From contig JACTMU010000064.1 in NCBI GenBank assembly GCA_014584465.1, forward strand, positions 5,395 to 69,394: 64,000 nt of DNA. The letters run 5' to 3'. The DNA comes from Pseudomonadota bacterium (GTDB taxonomy: Bacteria; Bdellovibrionota; Bdellovibrionia; Bdellovibrionales; JACTMU01). A program made the translations under genes and the position numbers. The first letter of the stretch is position 1. Every line of letters begins with the position of its first letter. Below the pieces are notes generated by a model, which was given only the letters and a program-made list of their open reading frames with translations, made no database searches and had not been told where the DNA came from. This document shows, in pieces, positions 1-9,521 of this stretch.

Positions 1-56
1 TGATGAATCGATTCCATTTTATCAAGAATCGCTCTGTGTATCTGATCCTGAATCAT
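1..56 (-). CDS. 5' end of a gene running off the window (MIQDQIHRAILDKMESIH...), function unknown
   Basis: ATG at 56 overlaps the TGA of the EI24-like gene (ATGA), is preceded by AGGAG, and stays open to the window edge. Confidence 0.55.
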   Translation of the reverse strand, partial: MIQDQIHRAILDKMESIH

Positions 57-814
57 AGATTCTCCTGTAATGACGACTTAGATCTCTCTGCAAAAAGAGT
101 TGCACTCCCGATCACAGAAGCAGGGAAGAAAAAAAAGTTAAGAAGCGGAACCATAAAAGTTAGGCCCACAGCGCACCCAATGCCACAAAAGAGGCCCAAA
201 TTCTTACGGAAAAACGCAATTCGTTGTCTTAAACCATATCCTGCCACCTCAAAGGAGTAATCCATAGAATCAAACGCCAACATTAAGAAAAATCCGACAG
301 TACTCAACAATCCAACTCCGGGGATCAAACCCATCAAAACCAGGCCCAATCCAATCATAATGAATAGGAAGGACTTCAGCACGGCCACCTTCATCAACTT
401 CAATGAAAAGGCCAACCAGGCAACAAACTCAAACGGTCTTTCCACGATGGCACCTTGGTTCATCAAAACTCGCTCCGCCAACAGACCATGAAACGGAGAT
501 GCAAGAATTGCAGCAAAAAAGTAACCAAACCCCAAAAGAATCACCGAAACAATGCAAAACAGAAGAACCAAAGAGGGGTAATAGACGAGGGACCAAAGTG
601 CCCCGCTCAGTGCTGGCAAGTAGGTTGCCATAAGGTAGGTCATCAAGGATGGAAGCTGAGCTGCTACGACGGCAGTAGCCCCTAAAACAAGGCCCGTGTT
701 CAACATAACTGGGAGCAGTGCAAAAGTACGAATCTTCCTATTTTGAAATAGGATCCCAATTCCCCTAAAGAGGGATCGAAAACCAGCTACAAATTCACCA
801 AAAAAAATCCTCAC
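53..814 (-). CDS. EI24/CysZ-like membrane protein
   Basis: Several TM segments; 'AAILASPFHGLLAERV' and 'LAFDSMDYSFE' motifs typical of EI24/CysZ. Confidence 0.75.
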   Translation of the reverse strand: MRIFFGEFVAGFRSLFRGIGILFQNRKIRTFALLPVMLNTGLVLGATAVVAAQLPSLMTYLMATYLPALSGALWSLVYYPSLVLLFCIVSVILLGFGYFFAAILASPFHGLLAERVLMNQGAIVERPFEFVAWLAFSLKLMKVAVLKSFLFIMIGLGLVLMGLIPGVGLLSTVGFFLMLAFDSMDYSFEVAGYGLRQRIAFFRKNLGLFCGIGCAVGLTFMVPLLNFFFFPASVIGSATLFAERSKSSLQENL

Positions 815-2019
815 AGGTTTGGATCCTCCTTTGTCTGTTCCTTTTTCTCTCCGTTCAATTTCGACTTTCTCTTTCGCTTGGCCTGCATCTGTTTCTCTAA
901 TGTGTCATCTGGATCAATCACTCGTTTTCGCCCTAGAAACCCCTCTCTCCTCTGGGCCTCTGGCGTGAGACCTGATCCAATGGGCTGGGCATGAACCAAA
1001 CTTTCCATTTGACTGCGTTTTGAAACCAAAAAACTCTTAAGCTCTCCACTGTATCTATTCTCACTGGCTCCGGGGGGCAATTTGTAGAGTTCTAAATCTC
1101 GCATCAGATCGAGGACAAGATAGGACATCTCCCACTGCCTCTCCTGCCGCTCCCTATTTTGAAGAACAACATCTTCCTCCCCTTCAGGAACAGGCAACTT
1201 TTCTATCACATTCCAAATGTTCTCATAGATAAGCTCCAGTTCCTTAAGAGCTTTGGGTGCCCACTCATCGTGACCAATCTCAACCGCCATCAATAGAAAT
1301 CTTTGACTGCGTGCAAGCGGCTTTAAGTCTTCTTCAAATTCCTTCTCTGAAATCACACGCAAAGACATATACCCCATATGGTAGAGCGTCTTCGAAAGCC
1401 ACTCCGGCTTCTCCTTAAGTCCCCACGTTGCCCTTAAGCGTTTCAGTCCAACCTCAGCCCGCTCATAAAACAGGTCTGCCTGATGGTGATTCCCCACCCG
1501 AGCATAAGCACCTGCAAGACGAGCTGGCACCTCGGCCTCCCCAATTTCCTTTGAAAGGTACTGGCGCCGACTGAGAACATCAAGCAGCGTTCCGATGGTT
1601 TCATTATCTCTCTTCAAGGCCTCATAACAAAATCCAAGTCGATAAAGCGCCTGAACCGCCATTGAATCACTTTTATTTGCAACAGCAGCCACAATTTTAC
1701 GGTACCGCTCCACGGCGTCGGACCACCTGCGAAGATTCTCTAGTGAGAGACCCGCGTGGTACTGTGCCGACTGATCGTATTTGGAGCTTGGATATTTCAC
1801 AATGTGACGATCAAACGCCTCAAGACTCTCCTCGTACTTCTCATCCCGAAACAATTGAAGCCCTTCATCAAAACTCTTTTTTATCTGTTGCTCCATCTTT
1901 TGACTTTCAATTTGGGTCTCAGAACCTACCTCACTCTCCCATCCAAAAAAGGCACAACCCAAAAAAACAGGAAAGATCAAACCCACGATTAGAAAAAGAA
2001 AAATTCTAGTTTGATACAT
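811..2019 (-). CDS. TPR-repeat lipoprotein (BamD/YfiO-like N-terminal region)
   Basis: Signal peptide with lipobox FLGC; TPR-like helices 'YPSSKYDQSAQYHAG' and 'ALYRLGFCYE'. Confidence 0.7.
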   Translation of the reverse strand: MYQTRIFLFLIVGLIFPVFLGCAFFGWESEVGSETQIESQKMEQQIKKSFDEGLQLFRDEKYEESLEAFDRHIVKYPSSKYDQSAQYHAGLSLENLRRWSDAVERYRKIVAAVANKSDSMAVQALYRLGFCYEALKRDNETIGTLLDVLSRRQYLSKEIGEAEVPARLAGAYARVGNHHQADLFYERAEVGLKRLRATWGLKEKPEWLSKTLYHMGYMSLRVISEKEFEEDLKPLARSQRFLLMAVEIGHDEWAPKALKELELIYENIWNVIEKLPVPEGEEDVVLQNRERQERQWEMSYLVLDLMRDLELYKLPPGASENRYSGELKSFLVSKRSQMESLVHAQPIGSGLTPEAQRREGFLGRKRVIDPDDTLEKQMQAKRKRKSKLNGEKKEQTKEDPNL

Positions 2020-3097
2020 GTAGATCCCCCAACAAATCTGCCAGTGTCACCAAAGCTCCCAATGTGAAAACTTCCTGATCAAAATCGGGAATTCGAATCA
2101 CCTTGACACTTTGTGCTTGAGCTTCAAGCCACCGGTAGGCCTCCTCGCGTTTTGAATAGTAACGCTTAAGCTTTTCATAATAGTCTAGTAAAGCCTCATA
2201 GTGTTCAAATTTTTCACTCACAGCTACTTCACTAGGAAGCCAAACCGGAAACGCACGATTGACGATCATCGCCCCGAGAAAATATCCACGACGCTTAAGT
2301 TCTCTATGCAGTCCCACTCCCTCCCTTATTTTAGCTTCATCAAAACTGGTCACCAAAACAAAACTGCACTCGGAACTGGTGAGAAGTTTGTGAACTCCCG
2401 AAGTGCGCTCCTGCAAAATTTTTTGCCAACTTTTGAGCGCTGAAAAAAAATGACCAAGCTCTCCCACAAAGGCACTACCAGTGAGTCTTTCAAGTGTTAA
2501 AAAGACCTTTTGTGTTGCTTGATTAAGAATCTTCGTAAATGGTCCACCACCCGTCGAACTGCTTGCAAACCACTTGATGACCGATTCATCAAAGAGCTGA
2601 TAAAGCTTATGAGGTGCAGACAAGAAGTCAACGGCATGTTGAGCAGGGGGCGTATCCAAAATCACAACATCATAATCTTGAGATTTTGCAAAGGTGTAAA
2701 GCCGTTCAAGGGCCGTAAACTCCTGAGACCCACTAAGTTTAGTTGAAAGTTGTTTGTACAAAGCATTGTTAAGAAGTTTTTCTGCCATCTCTTCACTTAC
2801 GGCAGTCCTGCGAATGAACCGATCAAAAACCTTCTTGGAGTTCACAATGGCTGCAAAGAGCTCACCCTTAAACTCTTGATCAGGAACCCGCACCACCTCT
2901 TCCTCACCTGACCACCCCACAATTCCTAATGAGGTTGCAAGCCGCTTGGCAGGGTCAATAGTCAAAACAAGAGCTTTGAGCCCCATTTGAGCTGCTCGCA
3001 CGCCCAACGTGGCCGAGAGAGTCGTTTTTCCTACCCCCCCTGTTCCGACACATACCACCACCTTCTTTGAAGTTAAGAGTTGATCAATGAGGCTCAA
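2006..3097 (-). CDS. ArsA/Get3-family ATPase (second of pair)
   Basis: GTGGVGKT P-loop, TIDPAKRLA switch I, LDTPP switch II. Confidence 0.85.
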   Translation of the reverse strand: MSLIDQLLTSKKVVVCVGTGGVGKTTLSATLGVRAAQMGLKALVLTIDPAKRLATSLGIVGWSGEEEVVRVPDQEFKGELFAAIVNSKKVFDRFIRRTAVSEEMAEKLLNNALYKQLSTKLSGSQEFTALERLYTFAKSQDYDVVILDTPPAQHAVDFLSAPHKLYQLFDESVIKWFASSSTGGGPFTKILNQATQKVFLTLERLTGSAFVGELGHFFSALKSWQKILQERTSGVHKLLTSSECSFVLVTSFDEAKIREGVGLHRELKRRGYFLGAMIVNRAFPVWLPSEVAVSEKFEHYEALLDYYEKLKRYYSKREEAYRWLEAQAQSVKVIRIPDFDQEVFTLGALVTLADLLGDLHVSN

Positions 3098-3983
3098 CGT
3101 ACTCTCCTAGAGTCTCAATCAGCTTCCATGGTTCTGAGTCCAAAACAAGCGGCACCTCACCGACCCACCCAACTTCCGCCTTCATAATATCAATATGCTC
3201 GCGCTCCCTTTTAAGCTGATCTAACAAGTATTTCGCAAAGTGAGAGATTCCCCCTTTGGTTTGAGTCTGGAGTATCCCCTCGAGTTCGCTTTCAGAAAGG
3301 GGCGGCGATAGAATCTTATTGCAATAGACCTTTGGCACAACCCCAAACTCTTCTCGAATTTGGTGAAAGAGCTCAAGTGTTTCCACACGGGGTAACTCCT
3401 GCGGAAGAGCCACAATGACGTAAGAACATTTCGAGGAATCTATGAGAACCTCATGAATCCTGCGACTCTCCCGTCCCATCGGTCCAATCCGAAAGACCTC
3501 TGAAAGTGCTTTCGGAGCCCGCAAGAGGGCTAATGCGTGACCTGTTGAGGGAGAGTCAATGACAATGTGCCTGTAGGGAAGGTCGCTTCCCACTCCTCGA
3601 ATGCCACTCGTAGCCTTCCCTAAAAGGGTAACCTCAGCAAGACCTGGAGCTACATTGATCAATGCCTTCATAACCGGGTTTTTAAAAAAAAGATCCACCA
3701 CTTTCTCTATCTTTAGAAAATGGAGAACATAATCCTGAAGACAATTTTCAGGACTCCAGAGTGCAAAGTCCAAATTCCCTCTCATCGAACGAGGTCGATA
3801 ACCGATGCCCCCGGCCTCAAAAAGCACCTCAAAATAGCTGCTGTCTCCCAACTCAACCAACAGTGCCGGAGACTCAGATTCCATGGACAGCTTAAGTGCA
3901 ATTGCAGCCGCAAGCGTGGACTTGCCAACACCACCCTTACCTGTGACAAAGGTGATTCTCTGATCCTCATGAACCTTAGACAA
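3084..3983 (-). CDS. ArsA/Get3-family ATPase (first of pair)
   Basis: GKGGVGKS deviant Walker A, APGLAE, DSPSTGH. Confidence 0.85.
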   Translation of the reverse strand: MSKVHEDQRITFVTGKGGVGKSTLAAAIALKLSMESESPALLVELGDSSYFEVLFEAGGIGYRPRSMRGNLDFALWSPENCLQDYVLHFLKIEKVVDLFFKNPVMKALINVAPGLAEVTLLGKATSGIRGVGSDLPYRHIVIDSPSTGHALALLRAPKALSEVFRIGPMGRESRRIHEVLIDSSKCSYVIVALPQELPRVETLELFHQIREEFGVVPKVYCNKILSPPLSESELEGILQTQTKGGISHFAKYLLDQLKREREHIDIMKAEVGWVGEVPLVLDSEPWKLIETLGEYVEPH

Positions 3984-5139
3984 AGGATCCCTTTTTGATC
4001 TTTTCTAAAATGATCTTTTCGGGCATGAGAGGATCGCGTGGATCAACCATAAAAAGGGCCTGCTGCTCACATCGCACCTTCTTTTTGATGAGCCACCTCA
4101 GTATGTCCGCCAATTTCTTATTCTTCTTGTCCAGAAAAAAGGGATCGTTTTCCAGAGCGTCCTTTGCCTTTTTCAAAGACCGAGCATCAGATGCATCCTT
4201 TTCCGAAACCGAGTAACAATGAAGATCATACTTTTCCACATCCTCAGGCAATAACCCCAGAAAACGTACTTCAGGTGCCGAAAAGTCGGCGTTTCGAATC
4301 AGACTTGCCGCTGATCCCGCCTTAAGTGTTCGAAAGATGTTTTGCAACGTGTAGGCGTCGAGATCACCAAAAAAGTAGATCGGAACATCCAACTCATTTT
4401 GGATCAAGTGAGTCCAACCTCGAACGCCATTGCTCGGAACGCCCTGTGCTCCCAACAAGATACAGTTGTTCCGTCGAGTAAATCCGTTGGTTGCAAGAGT
4501 GTTCGCCGTGCCTTCTGACTCAATGACAATGCAAAAGTCGACCTTCTTCTTCACTTTGAGTTTCAGGGACTGCGGTTTGTTTTTGGGCTGAAAAGGCGTT
4601 GTCCCTAAAGTTCCTAAATCCACAACGGCCTTCGAACCATCAGGAAGCGTTTCAGTCACGACAAGCTGTTGAGAATAGGTCTGCCCACCGCGATCATTTG
4701 CAAAACAGTTGAGCTCTTCTCGATAGACTTCAAGCATGTCCCCAATAAAATCGATGATCGCATCACTCTCGTCTTGAGAATCAAAATCCAGCGCCCTCAG
4801 ATCCTTATTGTGCTTCACCTCACCTTTACAAATGTAATAAATTTCCCTTTTACTGTTCACCGCTTGGATCTCAAGATTTCTCAACAATATCTCAAGTAAA
4901 AAAACCACTCGTGCCAATTTTTGAACGGATCCAACATTGAGTTCTGTTTTGACTCGCTTATCCCCAGGAGTCAGATAACCAACCCGTGGATTGTAAATGC
5001 AGTTGTCGAGCGAACATTTAATGGCTTCAAGCATGGGACGTTTGGAACGTTCCAAATCCTTTAACATCTTGTCGCAAAGAATCTTGGCCTCTTTAGGTAT
5101 ATCTTTACGCAGTTCTCGTATATTAGTCCACTGACCCAT
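3976..5139 (-). CDS. top6A: DNA topoisomerase VI subunit A (Spo11-like)
   Basis: REIYY catalytic Tyr motif, Toprim VIESEG and GDLD motifs; adjacent to subunit B. Confidence 0.92.
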   Translation of the reverse strand: MGQWTNIRELRKDIPKEAKILCDKMLKDLERSKRPMLEAIKCSLDNCIYNPRVGYLTPGDKRVKTELNVGSVQKLARVVFLLEILLRNLEIQAVNSKREIYYICKGEVKHNKDLRALDFDSQDESDAIIDFIGDMLEVYREELNCFANDRGGQTYSQQLVVTETLPDGSKAVVDLGTLGTTPFQPKNKPQSLKLKVKKKVDFCIVIESEGTANTLATNGFTRRNNCILLGAQGVPSNGVRGWTHLIQNELDVPIYFFGDLDAYTLQNIFRTLKAGSAASLIRNADFSAPEVRFLGLLPEDVEKYDLHCYSVSEKDASDARSLKKAKDALENDPFFLDKKNKKLADILRWLIKKKVRCEQQALFMVDPRDPLMPEKIILEKIKKGSFV

Positions 5140-6787
5140 CTTCTACCACCTCCTTAGACATCCCCAAATTCTCTGCCTGCTTTGCCTGCAAGACCTCAAG
5201 TTTATCTTTCGCCTCGGCTAAAGCGTTCTCAGCCTCTTTAGAATCACGACCAAGGATCTTACTCAGCCCTAAGCGAGCCCTCTCCTTGCGATCACCCGAT
5301 GCTTTCACAATTCGTGCAAGACCTTCAACCAAAATAGGACCAAACTTTGCGATGTGCTCAATCTTGCGCTCTAAATCTGCCTCCCGATGCTCTCGTCGAA
5401 TGTGACGAGAGAGCTTCTGTCCAGCCTGCATAAGTGCCCGTCGCAGCTCTTCAACCAACTCGTCACTGGCGTCGACCGTCTCCTTGGATGCATTTTTAAA
5501 CTTAATAAATGGTGAAACAACACTCACAGCAAAAACATAGGGTCCTAAAGGCAAAGAATTCTTGGGCTGGTTGAGACCATAAGCTCTCCAATTGACGGAT
5601 TCGATGGCTCGGGTGATGGCACACGCGGACTTGTCAAACTGAAGCGGCACACGATTGGCAAATCGAAGAAGTCTGACTGAGGTCTCCTCGTTCTCCCTAT
5701 GCAGGAATCGGGCAATTGCAACCTCAACCACCACCGGTTTGTAATCACAAATGGTCGGTTTTCGTGTCACAACACTGAAGAAATCCACATCTCCCAACCG
5801 ATTGATGCTCTTAGAGAGAGACTCTTCACCCACCTTTAGCACCGACTTCGTTGAAGGTGCCATAAGTTGCGTCTCTTGTATGGCCTGAAAAACAGTCTTC
5901 AACTCGCTTTCAGAAAGTTGCCCAATGGCCTTGCCAAGCAATGACTTCACCAGCCCATTCTTCACAAACTCTTTGATGGACTCATCGGTCACTCGAGAAA
6001 AACCAGTCCTAAGAAAGTTGCTCAACGCAACTTTTCCATAAAGCCGACCATGAGTGATGAATTCACCAAGCTTCATGGTGTGCGGATGAGGCAAAGTCGC
6101 CGCTGGAACCTTGGGAACCTCATTGCTCACTCGTTCAATGTGAATCCATTCATCTTCAAGCATCTTATAGTGGATGGTAAGATGGGGGTTAACCAAAGTT
6201 GTCCCCTCAATGTAGGTCAGAAGTCCCCCTTCACCATTAAGTTGAATTCTTCCATCAATTTGAAACTCAACATGCACGCCATGGGGCTGATCCCAATCAA
6301 TGACTTGCTTGTTTTTCATCACTCCCTTGTTGGTCTTGATGTCCACGTCAACCAATCCGCTCACCGCTTTTCTCATACGCTTGGTCTTGCTGATGACCTT
6401 AGCCCCCTTCGCATTGGTCAACTGGGCCCAAGTGGTTGCCGCTGAAATGCCAATCCCCTGCTGACCCCGAGTGCAGCGCCCTCGACCAAATTTTGAGGAA
6501 GCCAAATATTCACCAAAAACCTTAGGCAGCTCCTCTGCTTCAAGCCCTGGCCCATTGTCCGTCACAGAAACCTTAACGAGATCGGTGTTTCGACTTCCAC
6601 CCTTGTCCATCCGTACCACCTCAATGGTAAGTTCAGGTAAAATCCCGGCCGTTTCGCATGCGTCCAGCGAGTTGTCGACCGACTCCTTGAGTGTCGTGAG
6701 CACCGCTTTGGTTGGAGAAGAAAATCCAACCTGTTGAAGATTCTTTGCAAAATACTCTGCCGTACTGCTTTTGGTAATTTTTGCCAC
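5123..6787 (-). CDS. top6B: DNA topoisomerase VI subunit B (GHKL ATPase)
   Basis: AEYFAKN, KESVDNSLDACE, DNGPG, SSKF-RGQQGIG and RFANRVPL motifs. Confidence 0.95.
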   Translation of the reverse strand: MAKITKSSTAEYFAKNLQQVGFSSPTKAVLTTLKESVDNSLDACETAGILPELTIEVVRMDKGGSRNTDLVKVSVTDNGPGLEAEELPKVFGEYLASSKFGRGRCTRGQQGIGISAATTWAQLTNAKGAKVISKTKRMRKAVSGLVDVDIKTNKGVMKNKQVIDWDQPHGVHVEFQIDGRIQLNGEGGLLTYIEGTTLVNPHLTIHYKMLEDEWIHIERVSNEVPKVPAATLPHPHTMKLGEFITHGRLYGKVALSNFLRTGFSRVTDESIKEFVKNGLVKSLLGKAIGQLSESELKTVFQAIQETQLMAPSTKSVLKVGEESLSKSINRLGDVDFFSVVTRKPTICDYKPVVVEVAIARFLHRENEETSVRLLRFANRVPLQFDKSACAITRAIESVNWRAYGLNQPKNSLPLGPYVFAVSVVSPFIKFKNASKETVDASDELVEELRRALMQAGQKLSRHIRREHREADLERKIEHIAKFGPILVEGLARIVKASGDRKERARLGLSKILGRDSKEAENALAEAKDKLEVLQAKQAENLGMSKEVVEDGSVD

Positions 6788-6919
6788 GTCGTTTCCTCGC
6801 AGGGATAGAGGGGCACTCCCTTTTTAAGATTGCTTAGCCCCAGGTCCAACCACCTTTTGACCTCTAGTTTTAGTATTTTTAATCTGCCAAAACAACCCCG
6901 ATTCACAATCGGTCCAGAA

Positions 6920-7225
6920 TCAGTCTCCTGTCCGAGCACCCCCCGCAAGATTCTCCAGAATCAGATCAGCTGGGGTTCGGTGGGACTTGTGGGCATTGCA
7001 TGGACGACAACTTGCAACAACGTTGCCAGGGTTTGAACGGCCACCTCGAGCTATCGGGACTTTGTGGTCCATAGTCAGAGCCTCTCGGCCTACTTTTTGG
7101 CCACAATAGTGGCAGACGCCCTGAGACAGGATTTGCTTCCACCACTGAGACTCGCGCAACTTACGGGCACGCTCCCTCTCCTTAGAACGGTGTTGCTGGG
7201 TAGCTTCACAAACAATCTGTGACAT
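6920..7225 (-). CDS. Small HNH endonuclease
   Basis: CHYC ... TMDHKVPIARGG ... N ... CRPCN zinc-finger HNH signature. Confidence 0.88.
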   Translation of the reverse strand: MSQIVCEATQQHRSKERERARKLRESQWWKQILSQGVCHYCGQKVGREALTMDHKVPIARGGRSNPGNVVASCRPCNAHKSHRTPADLILENLAGGARTGD

Positions 7226-7346
7226 AGGCGCAAGGTATCATAGAAGAGTGCATCATGCGAGTGAAATCTTGGCCAATTGCGCCAACTCACAGTATATTTA
7301 GATCTGAAATTGGAAATGGAGATATAACTCTCCTGAAAGGATCGAA

Positions 7347-7523
7347 ATGCCGACCAATGTTTCCCGTTGGGAACGAGCCCTTCGCCTTGCTGTGGGCATG
7401 CTGCTTTTAAGTTGGGCCTTTGCAGGTGGTCCCCTTTGGGCCTATGCTGGCCTCTATCTTCTTGTGACAGGTGCGTGGGGTTTTTGTCTCTTCTACCATC
7501 TCATTAAGCAAGATCGCACCTAG
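7347..7523 (+). CDS. DUF2892/YgaP-like small membrane protein (58 aa, not in ORF track)
   Basis: Hand translation MPTNVSRWERALRLAVGMLLLSWAFAGGPLWAYAGLYLLVTGAWGFCLFYHLIKQDRT; NV..ER..R and C-x2-Y motifs; AAGGA RBS. Confidence 0.8.
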   Translation: MPTNVSRWERALRLAVGMLLLSWAFAGGPLWAYAGLYLLVTGAWGFCLFYHLIKQDRT

Positions 7524-7659
7524 GCCCTAGCCCTTACGACCAATGGTTGAAATTGCAGACCCATGACCTTATCAAAAGGAATTTTTCTCAGTCTTTTTTT
7601 GAAAATATGAGACAATGAAGAGGAAGTAGGTTCATTTTAGATTCACGGAGCATGAAGAG

Positions 7660-8028
7660 TTGAACGCCATTCGAATTGAGTCCCTGGATGAGTTGCTCGA
7701 AGAACTGCGTCAAGGGTATCTGGCAAGCATCCCTCAAAAGATTGAACAGATTCGCTCTCGCAAAGAGTGTGAAGAATTCGCCGTTCAGGGAGATTTTCAT
7801 AGACTCAAGGGCTCCGGAGCAAGTTATGGAGTCCCTGAGATCAGTCAACTTGGCGAGATCATGGTGCAAATCTGTCGCGAGAAACCCAAAGCCCTATCGT
7901 GGGTCCTTCCACTTTCCATTGAACTCTTAGAAAAAATACGTGTGGCTCGACTGCACAACCATCCATTTCAGATTCAGGCTGAAGAGAGATACCATGAAAT
8001 TCTCTTGGCTCTGACTTCAGTCAAGTGA
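7660..8028 (+). CDS. Stand-alone Hpt (histidine phosphotransfer) domain protein
   Basis: FHRLKGSGASYG Hpt motif. Confidence 0.85.
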   Translation: MNAIRIESLDELLEELRQGYLASIPQKIEQIRSRKECEEFAVQGDFHRLKGSGASYGVPEISQLGEIMVQICREKPKALSWVLPLSIELLEKIRVARLHNHPFQIQAEERYHEILLALTSVK

Positions 8029-9446
8029 TACTGTCATCTCAAATGTCCGAAATTGAAAAGTTCATAGAACATTTACAGCTCGATGGAATTCCTTTGGCGC
8101 ACCTATCAACGCGCCCTGAGGATTTGCAAAAATATGGACGTGACTGGAGCACCCAAAATCCAAGCCATCCCTGTTGCATTCTCTTTCCTGATTCGATCGA
8201 AGAGATTCAAAAAATGGTTTTAGGAGCAAGAAAGTACAAGATCCCTCTCGTCCCCAGTGGCGGGCGAACGGGCTTAAGCGGCGGGGCTCTTGCTCCCAAT
8301 GGAGAAGCCATCGTTTCCCTTGAACGCATGAATAAGATTTTGGAATTTAACCCTATTGATGCCACCCTTTGCTGTCAGGCAGGTGTGATCACTCAGGAGA
8401 TTCAGATTTTCGCCGAAGCTCAAGGACTTTGTTACCCCGTCGATTTTGCGGCCAAGGGTTCCAGTCAGATTGGAGGCAACGTTGCCACTAACGCTGGTGG
8501 GATTAAGGTAGTTCGCTATGGTCTGACTCGAAATTGGGTCGCAGGTCTTCGCGTTGTAACGGGGACTGGAGAACTCTTGGAACTCAATCGAAGCTTAGTG
8601 AAAGATGCCACGGGGTATGACCTCAAACATCTCTTTTTGGGAAGTGAAGGAACATTGGGCATTATCGCAGAAGTCACCCTCCAATTGACCTCCCTACCCA
8701 AATCCGTCGAAACTCTTCTCTTAGGCGTCTCGGACCTTGAGTGCATCATGAAACTTTTTCGTCTTTTCCGGAACGAAACGCGTCTGATGGCCTTTGAATT
8801 TTTTACGGACCTCGCTCTTCATCTTGTCCGGAAACACAATGGACTCCCGGACCCACTTCCTTCACCATGCCCCTACTATCTGGTCGTTGAAACCGAAGGC
8901 AGTCCGCGCGAAAGGATTCTTTCTCTCTTTGAAAAGGCAATGGAGAGTGGATGGTTGATCGATGGAGTGATCAGCGAAAACGCAGCTCAAACCAGAGACC
9001 TCTGGCGGCTTCGAGAAGAGATTGGCGAAGCCATTATCCCTAAAGAGCCCTACAAGAATGATGTCTCTGTAAAAATTTCAAGGGTCCCAGATTTGTTACG
9101 AGAGGTTGATACCCTCATTCGCCGCGACTATCCTGATTTCCAGGTGGTTTGGTTTGGCCACGTCGGAGATGGAAACCTCCATATCAACGTTATGAAACCC
9201 GAAGCTCTCACTTCCAGTGAGTTTCAAAAACGATGTGAACATGTGAACGAAAAACTCTTTCAGGTTGTAGAAAAAATGGGTGGCAGCATCTCTGCAGAAC
9301 ACGGTGTAGGAATTACAAAACGCGCCTATTTGCACCACACTCGATCCCAGTCTGAAATTGACAGTATGAAAAAAATAAAGGACGTCTTCGACCCTGATCA
9401 CATCCTGAACCCTGGAAAAATTTTCATAAATAATAAGAGTTTTTGA
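8025..9446 (+). CDS. FAD-binding oxidoreductase (D-2-hydroxyacid dehydrogenase / GlcD family)
   Basis: PSGGRTGLSGGA, IGGNVATNAGG, GSEGTLGII, GHVGDGNLH and SAEHGVG motifs. Confidence 0.9.
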   Translation: MILSSQMSEIEKFIEHLQLDGIPLAHLSTRPEDLQKYGRDWSTQNPSHPCCILFPDSIEEIQKMVLGARKYKIPLVPSGGRTGLSGGALAPNGEAIVSLERMNKILEFNPIDATLCCQAGVITQEIQIFAEAQGLCYPVDFAAKGSSQIGGNVATNAGGIKVVRYGLTRNWVAGLRVVTGTGELLELNRSLVKDATGYDLKHLFLGSEGTLGIIAEVTLQLTSLPKSVETLLLGVSDLECIMKLFRLFRNETRLMAFEFFTDLALHLVRKHNGLPDPLPSPCPYYLVVETEGSPRERILSLFEKAMESGWLIDGVISENAAQTRDLWRLREEIGEAIIPKEPYKNDVSVKISRVPDLLREVDTLIRRDYPDFQVVWFGHVGDGNLHINVMKPEALTSSEFQKRCEHVNEKLFQVVEKMGGSISAEHGVGITKRAYLHHTRSQSEIDSMKKIKDVFDPDHILNPGKIFINNKSF

Positions 9447-9521
9447 ATAAGTTGAACTCCTTTGTCATAATACCGACGCTTCTGAGTAGGACGACTCAAA
9501 CGAAAGCACGGAGCCCATATT

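Noticed and set aside
2006..3983. Arsenic-resistance operon
   Set aside because: No arsB, acr3, arsC, arsD or arsR; single-domain Get3-like pair
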